Positions 31,225 to 40,995 of a stretch of 64,000 nt of DNA are shown in pieces. A program made the translations under genes and the position numbers. Each line of letters opens with the position of its first letter. Within the stretch, counting starts at the first letter, position 1. This DNA comes from a virus, in the IMG/VR virus record IMGVR_UViG_3300027708_000026, positions 64,001 through 128,000 of that record; one strand, given 5' to 3'. The notes below the pieces were generated by a model, which did no database searches, was not told the origin of the DNA, and was given only the letters and a program-made list of their open reading frames with translations.

Positions 31225-31998
31225 ATGCGTCAAATTGAAGTATTCTATCATGTATTAATCCCTTCAGATATAAGGGCAGCTCATTGGCCCTGGTTGATAG
31301 ATTTGCAATTATCTTTGATAAGAGATAGTCAGTTGTCATCTATTGCTAAAATTAACATGGCCATTACAATGCCCAAGCATTGGGCATTTATTCATTCACC
31401 CTCATTAACTTTTAGAAAAAACAAAGAGATAACTGCTGAAATTAGTTTTGAACACAAAGTCAGAGAATATATAAATCTAAGATATCCATTTGTTAGCATA
31501 TTAGACATTCGTGACAGTGGGGAACCTAATTTATGTGAGGGTCAGACGCTAAAACTATTATGGGATAGGTGCAATGATGTCGATGTAGATGTGCTCTACA
31601 TTCACGGTAAAGGAGTAATTAGTTCATCCGCACCTGTAGCAAATTGGCGAGATATTCTAAACCATTATTTTATTACTAAATGGCCCAAAGCTATCGTAAA
31701 TTTATCCCATTCAGATGTAGTGGGTATTAGAGATGCCACTCCGGAGACTGAAAGACTCATGACCAGCGGTAATTTTTGGTGGTCAAAATCTAGTCATATT
31801 CGAACTCTACCTGACCCAACCCAATCACAGCATTACATGTCAGACCCAGTATTTCATCCCGGCGGTCCAAGTTACAGATGGGCTATGGAATATTGGGTTA
31901 GATTAAACGATCCATCGTTTCATTGTTTAGTAGATACTAAAACTTGTCATTTTGATGATTATTGCTTCTTGGAAGATTTATTAAAATTAAATCCTTGA
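31225..31998 (+). CDS. Putative glycosyltransferase-like protein
   Basis: VLYIHGKG and SGNFWW motifs, seen in predicted glycan-synthesis proteins of large viruses; function inferred. Confidence 0.45.
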   Translation: MRQIEVFYHVLIPSDIRAAHWPWLIDLQLSLIRDSQLSSIAKINMAITMPKHWAFIHSPSLTFRKNKEITAEISFEHKVREYINLRYPFVSILDIRDSGEPNLCEGQTLKLLWDRCNDVDVDVLYIHGKGVISSSAPVANWRDILNHYFITKWPKAIVNLSHSDVVGIRDATPETERLMTSGNFWWSKSSHIRTLPDPTQSQHYMSDPVFHPGGPSYRWAMEYWVRLNDPSFHCLVDTKTCHFDDYCFLEDLLKLNP

Positions 31999-32023
31999 CA
32001 CTGTAATTTGATTGTAATAAACT
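31995..32023 (+). promoter_or_regulatory. Sigma70-like promoter for the dNMP kinase gene
   Basis: TTGACA-17 bp-TAAACT; SD CAGGAG follows. Confidence 0.65.
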
Positions 32024-32043
32024 AATACTGTTCAGGAGAGATT

Positions 32044-32694
32044 ATGATTATCGGAGTTTGTGGGTTTATTGGTTCGGGAAAAGATACTGTGGCAGACTAT
32101 CTAACTAACTTTCACGGTTTTAGACGAGAGAGTTTTGCTAATAGTCTCAAAGATGCAGTGGCGCATGTATTTGGTTGGGATAGGACCATGTTAGAAGGGC
32201 GTACTAAACAAGCTCGTGAATGGCGAGAACAATTGGACCTGTGGTGGAGTGAACGATTGGGAATACCTGAACTAACTCCACGTTGGGTGCTACAAAATTG
32301 GGGTACAGAGGTTTGTCGCAAAGGATTCCACGATGATATCTGGATTGCCAGTTTAGAAAACAAATTGCGTAACAGCAAAGACGATATTGTTATTAGTGAT
32401 TGTCGCTTTCCTAATGAGATTAAATCCATTAAAAATGCTGGTGGAATAGTAGTTCGCGTAATACGTGGGCCGGAGCCCAAATGGTATGATGCGGCATTAA
32501 GTGCGAATAAAGGTGAACAAGGTAACACTTCCTGGTCCCTAAGTAAGAAGAAATTAGAACAACTCAAAATACACGCCAGTGAAACTGCTTGGGTTGGTAC
32601 TAAATTTGATGCGATATTAGACAATAATCATAGCATTGATGACCTATATGCCCAAGTTATAAGTCTGGTACCAAATCCCCTTGCCGCCACTTGA
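32044..32694 (+). CDS. gp1: Deoxynucleoside monophosphate kinase (T4 gp1-like)
   Basis: P-loop GFIGSGKDT, SFANSLKD, TPRWVLQNWGTE and ISDCRFPNE motifs. Confidence 0.93.
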   Translation: MIIGVCGFIGSGKDTVADYLTNFHGFRRESFANSLKDAVAHVFGWDRTMLEGRTKQAREWREQLDLWWSERLGIPELTPRWVLQNWGTEVCRKGFHDDIWIASLENKLRNSKDDIVISDCRFPNEIKSIKNAGGIVVRVIRGPEPKWYDAALSANKGEQGNTSWSLSKKKLEQLKIHASETAWVGTKFDAILDNNHSIDDLYAQVISLVPNPLAAT

Positions 32695-32992
32695 CGCCAT
32701 CCTTGTGTAATGTGCGTTGACAGTTGGCACATATCGTCTTTAGATTTGAATGACGGTGGTTTGTTAAATTGCCGTCGATGTAAAACACATTAAACTGCTC
32801 GGGAAATTTCGAAGTAAAACTGCACTTTTCACAAGTTAATTTTTTCTTGTATCCAGCCAAGGCCCATAGGGGCCTTGTTTCTTTTCTACCCTTGCTACAA
32901 TGGTCGCATTTGGACCTATAAAAAGGCAGTCCTTCCTTATAGTAGTTAATAGCTGCCGGTCTCTGTCCACATTCTTTACATAATTTTCTCAT
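32657..32992 (-). CDS. Zn-binding, degenerate HNH-like protein
   Basis: Start moved to ATG 32992, downstream of a minus-strand TAAATA at 33024-33029. Four CxxC pairs and an HNH scaffold IDGNLTN...NLKTICANC lacking the catalytic His. Confidence 0.65.
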   Translation of the reverse strand: MRKLCKECGQRPAAINYYKEGLPFYRSKCDHCSKGRKETRPLWALAGYKKKLTCEKCSFTSKFPEQFNVFYIDGNLTNHRHSNLKTICANCQRTLHKDGVKWRQGDLVPDL

Positions 32993-33092
32993 ATCCGCCC
33001 TTTTTGGTACCTTTTCATACCAGTATTTAACCGCTATTTTTTTGGGTATACTGCTAAATAAAACAAAGTAATCCATTAAGGAGATTTTACTC

Positions 33093-36000
33093 ATGGCAAA
33101 TTTAAGTTCACCAGGAATTCAAGTTAAAGTTATCGACGAGAGTTTTTATACTCCTGCTGCGCCTGGAAGCACACCGCTTATTTTCATTGCGTCGGCTGAA
33201 AATAAATCCAATGCATCCGCGACTGGTACTGCACAAGGTACGCTAAAAGCCAATGCGGGATCTGTGTATGTAATCACAAGTCAACGAGACTTAACAAATA
33301 CTTTCGGAAGTCCAACTTTCCAAGCAGACAATTCCGGAAATCCAATACACGGCGACGAAAGAAACGAATACGGCTTACAAGCTGCTTATAGTCTGCTAGG
33401 CATTAGTTCACGTGCGTATGTAACACGTGCCGATGTAGACTTGGCACAATTGGTTCCAACATCGGTGATTCCTACAGGTACACCAGAAGCAGGTGCTTAC
33501 TGGATCGTTCCTAGTCAAAGCAAGTTTGGAATCAATGTTTGGTCCACTGCAACTAGCCAATTTACGCTAGCAACTCCACTAATTATCAATGATGATAATA
33601 TGGATACAGCGATGAATGCTCTTGCTACAGCTCCAGCAGATGCATTTGGTCAACAAGGCGATTATGCAGTAGTTGTAACAAAATACAACGGCTGGGACTC
33701 AACACCCAACGCAGTCTATTATAAAACTACAGCAGGAACAAATTCTTGGGTAGCAGTTGAGGGCGGATTTGATGGCGGCAAACAGGTAAAAATGTCCGCA
33801 CACACTGACTACCCAGATTTCACTGCAAGTGGAACTTCTGCAAAAACTGGCAGTGTTTGGATTAAAACAACTAGTCCCGGCAATGGAGCAAATTGGACTG
33901 TAAAATTCTATAATGGTGGTACTAAATCATGGACTACGAAACTAGCACCAATTTATAACAGCACCGTACAAGCCCTTTACTCATATGATTCTGCTGGCGG
34001 CGGCGCAAACATTGCAACTGGCACACTATTCGTAGAATCGGATCCCGATCACTACGGAATCACCACTGCCACAAATGCTGCCGCAGAGTTCCGTGTTTGG
34101 AGATATAATGGAGCAGGATCTACCAGTATCACTGGTGCTGCATCAAACACTATCAGCTCTAGTACAGCGTCAACATTCTATATCAGAGAAACAGTCAAAG
34201 GCAGCAATGCATGGGGTACTACAAAACTAGTGACTGTAGCTGCTGATCCATTAAACCCAATAGCTGCTGGCGTTCCAGCAGCATTGAGCGCAGCTGGACT
34301 CACTAACGTGACTGGATCATTTGATGCTGTTACTAAAGAATTGACAATCAAACATAAAACAGGCGGTGATTTTGAATTGGCTGCGGGAACAGGTCCAGGA
34401 ACATTTACAGCATTGGGATTCAGTGCTCACACATATGACCCAGCAACGGAGATGTCCAGCGGTATTACAAATCTCTATACTGCACCTAAAGCTGACTACA
34501 GTGGCCGAGCGTTTGATTTTATTGCATCTAGCTGGATGCCGTTAGACTATCATTCAACTGGAACTACACCATCAACGACCCCAGCTGATGGAAGACTGTG
34601 GTTCGACAGCGATATAAAATCAGTGGATATCATGTATCACGACGGCAGCAAGTGGGTTGGCTATAGGAATCAATTTCCTGCTGCTGATCCAAACGGACCT
34701 ATTATCTCCGCAACTGCTCCGCCAAAGATTGGTGGACAGAGTGATGGCACCGATCTAGTAACTGGTGATATTTGGATCAGCACAGAAAACGCAGACAATT
34801 ATGGTCAGGACATTTATGTATGGGACGGTGTCACAAACGAATGGGTTAAACAGGATCCAACTGATAACCATAGTCCAAATGGATGGGTATTTGCAGATGC
34901 TCGATGGAGTGGTGCAGGTGATGATATAGTTCCTGATTCTACGAAAAAATTGTTAACATACAATTATGTAGATCCAGATGCTCCCGATCCTGCACTATAT
35001 CCACGTGGTACACGCTTATGGAATACACGCCGTAGCGGTAACAACGTCAAGCAGTATCATAGATCATATATTGATAAAATGGCCACTAACCCACGCATGG
35101 GCGATGCGAGCATGAGTGGATATTTTGCAGATCGTTGGGTATCTGTCCACAACCGTAAAGAAGACGGATCAGGCAATTTTGGTCGTTATTCTCAACGTGC
35201 TCAGATTATCGCAGCATTCAAGTCATTAATTGATACTAATAGTGCTATCCGTGATACTGAAACACTGAGATTTAATCTAATTGCTTGCCCTGGATATCCA
35301 GAGGCGATCGCTAACATGGTCAATTTCAATACAGACATTGGACAGACAGCATTTGTTATTGGAGATACACCGTTTAGATTATCACCAACAGGTACTGCAT
35401 TAAGTGCATGGTCAAACAATTCAAACAATGCATTAGACAATGGAGATATTGGCACTGTCACTGCCGACAGTTATTTGGCATTATTCTATCCAAGCGGTTT
35501 CACAAATGACAACACTGGAAAGAACATTGTTGTTCCTCCAAGTCACATGATGTTGAGCACTATGATCAATAGTGACAGTCTAAGCTACGAATGGTTTGCT
35601 CCGGCAGGTATCCGTAGAGGTGGCATTATCAATGCAACATCTGTAGGCTATATCAATGACATGGGTGAATTCCAAAAAGTAAGTTTATATCAAGGTTTAA
35701 GAGATGTATGCTCACAGGTTAAATTAAATCCACTATCTACTATGGTGGGTGTTGGAACAATTAACATGGGTCAGTACACAAGGTCAGCTGGTGCAAGTGC
35801 ATTAGATAGAATCAATGTTTCTAGACTAGTAGCATATCTACGCAGACAACTAAACGTATTGGCTAAACCATACTTGTTCGAACCTAACGACACAGCAACT
35901 CGTAATGAAATACGTGGTGCCGTTGAAAGTCTACTATTAGAGCTAGTTGGTCAACGAGCACTAAATGACTTCGTTGTAGTATGCGACACTTCAAACAATA

Positions 36001-36155
36001 CTCCTGCAAGAATTGATAGAAGCGAGTTATACGTGGATATTGCTATTGAGCCAGTTAAGGCAGTGGAATTCATTTACATTCCATTGCGCATACTTAACAC
36101 AGGCGCAATAGCATCTGGTAATTTGGGAGCAGGTTTCCCAGGTTCAACTAATTAA
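33093..36155 (+). CDS. gp18: Contractile tail sheath protein with large insertion
   Basis: LSSPGIQVKVIDES N-terminus; VPPSHM, WFAPAG.RRG, ALDRINVSRL, FEPND and IEPVKAVEFIYIP motifs; TAAATA 33055 plus SD. Confidence 0.95.
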   Translation: MANLSSPGIQVKVIDESFYTPAAPGSTPLIFIASAENKSNASATGTAQGTLKANAGSVYVITSQRDLTNTFGSPTFQADNSGNPIHGDERNEYGLQAAYSLLGISSRAYVTRADVDLAQLVPTSVIPTGTPEAGAYWIVPSQSKFGINVWSTATSQFTLATPLIINDDNMDTAMNALATAPADAFGQQGDYAVVVTKYNGWDSTPNAVYYKTTAGTNSWVAVEGGFDGGKQVKMSAHTDYPDFTASGTSAKTGSVWIKTTSPGNGANWTVKFYNGGTKSWTTKLAPIYNSTVQALYSYDSAGGGANIATGTLFVESDPDHYGITTATNAAAEFRVWRYNGAGSTSITGAASNTISSSTASTFYIRETVKGSNAWGTTKLVTVAADPLNPIAAGVPAALSAAGLTNVTGSFDAVTKELTIKHKTGGDFELAAGTGPGTFTALGFSAHTYDPATEMSSGITNLYTAPKADYSGRAFDFIASSWMPLDYHSTGTTPSTTPADGRLWFDSDIKSVDIMYHDGSKWVGYRNQFPAADPNGPIISATAPPKIGGQSDGTDLVTGDIWISTENADNYGQDIYVWDGVTNEWVKQDPTDNHSPNGWVFADARWSGAGDDIVPDSTKKLLTYNYVDPDAPDPALYPRGTRLWNTRRSGNNVKQYHRSYIDKMATNPRMGDASMSGYFADRWVSVHNRKEDGSGNFGRYSQRAQIIAAFKSLIDTNSAIRDTETLRFNLIACPGYPEAIANMVNFNTDIGQTAFVIGDTPFRLSPTGTALSAWSNNSNNALDNGDIGTVTADSYLALFYPSGFTNDNTGKNIVVPPSHMMLSTMINSDSLSYEWFAPAGIRRGGIINATSVGYINDMGEFQKVSLYQGLRDVCSQVKLNPLSTMVGVGTINMGQYTRSAGASALDRINVSRLVAYLRRQLNVLAKPYLFEPNDTATRNEIRGAVESLLLELVGQRALNDFVVVCDTSNNTPARIDRSELYVDIAIEPVKAVEFIYIPLRILNTGAIASGNLGAGFPGSTN

Positions 36156-36171
36156 TCAAGGGAGCATTTAA

Positions 36172-36807
36172 ATGCCAGTTTCAAGTTTAAGTAATTTTAC
36201 AGTTCCATTATCATCCAATCAGGGATCCAGTTCCCAGGGATTGTTAATGCCAAAATTAAAGTTTCGCTTCCGCGTTACTTTAACAGGTTTTGGTGTGGCA
36301 GGAACACCAAGTACAGAACTAACCAAACAGGTTATGAATGTAACACGTCCTGAAATTAGTTTTGAAGAAATCAAACTAGCGGTGTATAACAGCACGGTCA
36401 AGTTAGCAGGCAAGCATAGTTTTGCTGATATTAAACTTACCCTTCGTGATGATGTATCTAATGCAGTTTCTCATAAAGTTGCTGAACAGATGCAGAAGCA
36501 ATTCGACTTCTTTGAACAAGCAAGTGCAGCATCTGGCATTGACTATAAATTCAAAACTATCATTGAAATCCTAGACGGCGGCAACGGTGCTACATCAGTA
36601 GGAGTTTTAGAAATATTTGAGTTAGAAGGTTGCTGGATCAAGCAGGTAACATATCAGGGCGGCGACTATAGTAGCGCAACTGATCCGTTAGACATCGCGC
36701 TAACAATCTGCTACGATAACGCAATGCAAATGGATCAATCAGGAAACCCAAGCGGACTAGGCGAGAATATTGGACGCACTATACGTACACTCGCACTAGG
36801 TGGTTAA
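36172..36807 (+). CDS. gp19: Tail tube protein (gp19-like)
   Basis: Follows the sheath gene; PKLKFRFRV, VTRPEISF, LAGKHSFADI.LTLRDD, LEGCWI and YDNA motifs. Confidence 0.88.
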   Translation: MPVSSLSNFTVPLSSNQGSSSQGLLMPKLKFRFRVTLTGFGVAGTPSTELTKQVMNVTRPEISFEEIKLAVYNSTVKLAGKHSFADIKLTLRDDVSNAVSHKVAEQMQKQFDFFEQASAASGIDYKFKTIIEILDGGNGATSVGVLEIFELEGCWIKQVTYQGGDYSSATDPLDIALTICYDNAMQMDQSGNPSGLGENIGRTIRTLALGG

Positions 36808-36829
36808 TCAACAACTCCGTTAAAACATT

Positions 36830-36853
36830 AAACCGGGAATTACCCGGTTTTTT
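36830..36853 (+). terminator. Rho-independent terminator
   Basis: AAACCGGG-AATTA-CCCGGTTT-TTT. Confidence 0.85.
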
Positions 36854-36870
36854 GTTGGATAAATAATCAT

Positions 36871-39800
36871 ATGAATCAGGCTTTTAATGATTTCTTAAGC
36901 AGTGTGGGCGGTGGTCTATCAGGAGACGGCGGCCCAAACATGAAAAACTACCAACATGCATCTAAGTTGTATGTTGAGGGTGGCTATGCACGAGCACCAA
37001 AATTTAATCATTTATATTTTGTAGCATTCAACATCAACGATGGTGTGGTAAGGGATCGAAGCTGGCTACAAAATGGGTATAACACAGTGGGACTACTGGT
37101 CAAAAGTACATCATTGCCCAAGTTCAAGATTACTTCTGAACAACTAAATCAGTACAATAGGAAAACACAAGTACAAACTAAGTTGACCTACGAGCCAGTG
37201 ACCATGGAATTCCATGATGATAATAGTGAAATCACTAATGGACTTTGGAAAAATTATTATCGATATTATTACACAGATAGTATTTACGGCGGCAAGGACG
37301 ACACAGTAGCACCAACGCCTAGTCAAGTGAGTTTAGGAAAAAAATTGTTTGGTGGGCTGTTGTCTCCGGGACGCAAAAGAATAAAAGCAAGGGAAAATAA
37401 TATTTTTCCCGATGCATACACTGATAACAAATACAAGAAACATAATTACCCTTACGGACTAGATAATTTTCAAACGGTGCCGTTTTTTAAAAGTATCGAT
37501 ATTTTTGTATTGCATCAACAAAAGTTCACGCAAATAACCTTAATCAATCCTAAAATTACCAGCTGGGATCACGACGATGTTGGACAAAGTGACTCTACCA
37601 AACTCATGAGAAGTAAAATGTCGCTGGTTTATGAAAATGTTTTGTACAACGACGGTAGGATAGGCAAGGGTAGTAAGTCTGGGGTATTCGCAGAAGCATT
37701 TTATGATACATCGCCAAGTCCTCTCAGTATCGCAGGTAAGGGATCAAAATCACTGTTTGGCCCCGGCGGCCTCATTGGTGGAGTCGAAGATGTATTTGGA
37801 GAGAATGGATCATTAGCCCAGGGCGATTATCTAGCGGCTGCACTACAGGCCGCAACATTGATTAAAAACGCAGGACAGATCACTGAACAGCAATTGAGCG
37901 CTGAAGGATACAGTATGTTAGGTGCTGCTGTAGGAATCGCCGTGTCTTCTAGAAATGGTGAAATTGCACAGAATCTCGAGAATTATTTTTCAAACGGTAT
38001 TGGAGTATACACTAATCAGTATTCAAAAAACAATTTGGAAGATATCCCGACTACCCCGAATGCTCTGACTCCGGATCAATATCGAAAATTTATTTTAGAT
38101 CAAGAAGCAGCCGCGTATGCTCAGGAAGTTGCCGATACACGGGCTAGGCAAGCACAACAAGAGAGAGAACTTGCCCAGCGTACCAATGCCGAATTAGATG
38201 CACTAACTGAACAAAAAAATGCCATTGGAACACAAATATCGAATAATTTGAAAGTTGCGGAAAAAGCACTTAACACGATAAACGAGTGGAACGAAAAAAT
38301 AGTCGATCCCACTGATACAAATTTGTTATATTCTTCACCTGTATACATAGCTGCTAGAGCCCTCGGTGATTCCGAGTCAGTGGCTTTGGGAAAAGCTAAA
38401 GCCGATGCAGTAACAGCCAATGAAGGTGCTATAGCTATCATAGAGTCGGCTAATAGACAAAAAGAATCAGTCTATGCCATTAACAAGTTATTGGTCGCAA
38501 ATCAAGAGTCTCTTACCCAGCAAGCTCAATTAATAAAAGATTATGGCCCTGATTACGCAGCTAAAATATCTAGGGATTCTCTAGACTATATACAGAAATA
38601 TGGTGCTGTTGTTGCGCAAGAAAATACATTAGACACCAGCGCTCTTCCAAATCCTTTCTTGGATCACGAAATTGCCACAAAAACCTATCTAGCCGCACTT
38701 AATTCTGGAAGAATTTCATCCGTAAGTCAAGCTGCCGCAGATCTGCAAACCAGTGAGAATCTAGTTAAGGTGGAACGGCAAGCTGCCGTAAGCCAAGCAA
38801 TTGGTAAGATCACAGAAAATTATGGTAATTTAACATTAGATAAGGCCCAAACTAATGTTGAGATAGCAGTCTTATTAGCAGAACAATCTAGGATCGATGG
38901 TGAGAGAACTGAGTTGACTGATCGGTATCGAGCATGGCAGGTTGACCAAACCTTGGGTAATATAGTGGAAGATGCTAAGTATGTTGGATTGAAAAACATA
39001 GAGGACATAGAAAAGCTGGTTATTGAGAAAGCGTTATTTCAGAAGGCCGCTTCTAATTTATTCACTGAGAAAAAGTTATTGCAAGCAGAATATGCCGATA
39101 AAGTTGGTGCGTATCCCGACACAGCATCAGCTAGAGAATTTTTTCTAGGATTAGCTAAAAAATATGATCCAACGAATCCAGATGCTGGTTTGATAACTAA
39201 ACAAGATTTTATCGACAAATACTCGGGTGCATCGTATATTGATCCAGAAAGTGGAAACACATATAAATGGACCGAAGATCAAGCTGTCCTTAAATATTAT
39301 GCAGCAGGGGAAAAAGCCCCGGCACTGTATGAAAAAGCTATCGCTAGTTTTGATATTGCTATTAGTAAGGTAAACAACACGATAGTATTAAACAGTTTCG
39401 AATTGAGCAATATTAAAGGTCAAATTGGCGATGCTTATGTCACTTTGTTAAAGTCAAAATCTGCAACAGGTGATGAATATACAAATCTAACAACATCTAT
39501 CGAGAATAAAATCATAGATCTTGGAAAAACACAAGAAAAAATAACAGCTAGCGAACTACTATCACAGAGAATGGTTATAGTCAATACTGAACTTGCCTCA
39601 GCGCAGGCAGTTGTAGTAAAAGAATTGGCATATAATAAAAACCCCGATAAACCCTATGTTGTCATGGTCGACACTAGATCGGCCGAACAAATACAGTCCG
39701 ATAGCAAACCCGCCGCAACGAGTGAGTCTAAATCATTTATGGCCAAAACTACGATATCGATGGAGGTATCGGTGCAGCAAGCAATCCTTACATTACAGCA

Positions 39801-40155
39801 ACAATTAGGGACAACTAATATTTACGGATTAACCATTGAGAAACAGGAAACTTTCGATGACATCGGTCGAAGAATATATACTGCAACAGCCACAGGTGTT
39901 GCTGTACCGATACCGACAGATTTAGTGACTACTGTTAGGGTTACCTATAAGAATCAGTTTGGTGATATTGTTACTGATAATAGATACTACTCCGGAAGCA
40001 CTTATCTCAGCCAATCACAAGCCGCTGCTGCAACACTGGCAGAATTTAAATCCATTAAAAATACAAAAGTTTTAGGCCTAGCCGTGGGTACAAGAAATAA
40101 TAATACTAGCAGTACTAATACCAATGGAAAACGCTATACTGCCAACAAGAGCTAA
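36871..40155 (+). CDS. Tube-like (gp48/gp54-type) baseplate-tube protein with long helical C-terminal extension
   Basis: N-terminal tube-fold motifs LVKSTSLPKF, NQYNRK, YEPVTMEFHDD, LINPKITSWDH and LVYENV, followed by about 700 aa of Ala/Glu/Lys-rich helical sequence. Confidence 0.6.
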   Translation: MNQAFNDFLSSVGGGLSGDGGPNMKNYQHASKLYVEGGYARAPKFNHLYFVAFNINDGVVRDRSWLQNGYNTVGLLVKSTSLPKFKITSEQLNQYNRKTQVQTKLTYEPVTMEFHDDNSEITNGLWKNYYRYYYTDSIYGGKDDTVAPTPSQVSLGKKLFGGLLSPGRKRIKARENNIFPDAYTDNKYKKHNYPYGLDNFQTVPFFKSIDIFVLHQQKFTQITLINPKITSWDHDDVGQSDSTKLMRSKMSLVYENVLYNDGRIGKGSKSGVFAEAFYDTSPSPLSIAGKGSKSLFGPGGLIGGVEDVFGENGSLAQGDYLAAALQAATLIKNAGQITEQQLSAEGYSMLGAAVGIAVSSRNGEIAQNLENYFSNGIGVYTNQYSKNNLEDIPTTPNALTPDQYRKFILDQEAAAYAQEVADTRARQAQQERELAQRTNAELDALTEQKNAIGTQISNNLKVAEKALNTINEWNEKIVDPTDTNLLYSSPVYIAARALGDSESVALGKAKADAVTANEGAIAIIESANRQKESVYAINKLLVANQESLTQQAQLIKDYGPDYAAKISRDSLDYIQKYGAVVAQENTLDTSALPNPFLDHEIATKTYLAALNSGRISSVSQAAADLQTSENLVKVERQAAVSQAIGKITENYGNLTLDKAQTNVEIAVLLAEQSRIDGERTELTDRYRAWQVDQTLGNIVEDAKYVGLKNIEDIEKLVIEKALFQKAASNLFTEKKLLQAEYADKVGAYPDTASAREFFLGLAKKYDPTNPDAGLITKQDFIDKYSGASYIDPESGNTYKWTEDQAVLKYYAAGEKAPALYEKAIASFDIAISKVNNTIVLNSFELSNIKGQIGDAYVTLLKSKSATGDEYTNLTTSIENKIIDLGKTQEKITASELLSQRMVIVNTELASAQAVVVKELAYNKNPDKPYVVMVDTRSAEQIQSDSKPAATSESKSFMAKTTISMEVSVQQAILTLQQQLGTTNIYGLTIEKQETFDDIGRRIYTATATGVAVPIPTDLVTTVRVTYKNQFGDIVTDNRYYSGSTYLSQSQAAAATLAEFKSIKNTKVLGLAVGTRNNNTSSTNTNGKRYTANKS

Positions 40156-40167
40156 TTAAACATAATC

Positions 40168-40542
40168 ATGACCACAGCATTAACCAACATACCCTACGGC
40201 AACATTAAATCGTCTGACGCAACAGTCCAGGCATTCAATAACTATTTTGCCAATCCCATAGAGCTACATTCAGGCACACTAAATGCCATAACTGGATTTT
40301 TTACCGCAAGAGGGTTTGAACAAAATGCTGCTCAGACCATAGCAGTCATCATCATGACACAGTCAAAGAAAGATAGGTTAAACCCCATGTCTGTATTAGA
40401 TACACTGGGCGGTTATGATGCAGTTGAAATCAGCGCATTTGCCACTACACTATTAAATTACAACAGATATAAAACTAGTTTCTTAGGATTTTCTCTAGCT
40501 TTTAGTCCTAAAGATGTAGCGGCAAGAAACGTTCTAGCATAG
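40168..40542 (+). CDS. Hypothetical protein
   Basis: 124-aa ORF in the morphogenesis operon. Confidence 0.6.
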   Translation: MTTALTNIPYGNIKSSDATVQAFNNYFANPIELHSGTLNAITGFFTARGFEQNAAQTIAVIIMTQSKKDRLNPMSVLDTLGGYDAVEISAFATTLLNYNRYKTSFLGFSLAFSPKDVAARNVLA

Positions 40543-40543
40543 C

Positions 40544-40987
40544 ATGAGCTTAAAATTCAGTCAAGGCGTCTATAAAATAAAAAATCCCGACAAATATGTT
40601 GGACTAGGCGAGCCTAGATTTAGAAGCAGCTGGGAATTCACTTTCATGAACTTCTGTGATACTAATGAAAGCGTCAAAAAATGGTCCAGCGAACCGGTGA
40701 AAATTCCCTACAAGGATCCATTGACTGGCAAGCAGACAGTTTACATTCCGGACTTTCTAATCACTTACATTGATAAGTCCAAGAAAGAAATGGTAGAGAT
40801 GATTGAGATCAAGCCTGCCAATCAAACGCTGATAGAAAAGGTAGGAAAAAATCCCTACAATCAAGCACAGTATGTCAAGAATATAGCCAAATGGTCTGCT
40901 GCCAGCAAATGGTGCGGCGAAAAAGGTATCAAATTTCGTATCATAAATGAATCCGATATATACCACAATCCCAAAAGAAAGAAATAA
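40544..40987 (+). CDS. gp4: Head completion nuclease (T4 gp4-like)
   Basis: NPDKYVG, FRSSWE, WSSE, YIPDF, IEIKP, N.AKW.AA and FRIINE motifs (PD-(D/E)xK fold). Confidence 0.9.
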   Translation: MSLKFSQGVYKIKNPDKYVGLGEPRFRSSWEFTFMNFCDTNESVKKWSSEPVKIPYKDPLTGKQTVYIPDFLITYIDKSKKEMVEMIEIKPANQTLIEKVGKNPYNQAQYVKNIAKWSAASKWCGEKGIKFRIINESDIYHNPKRKK

Positions 40988-40995
40988 GTAAGTTT

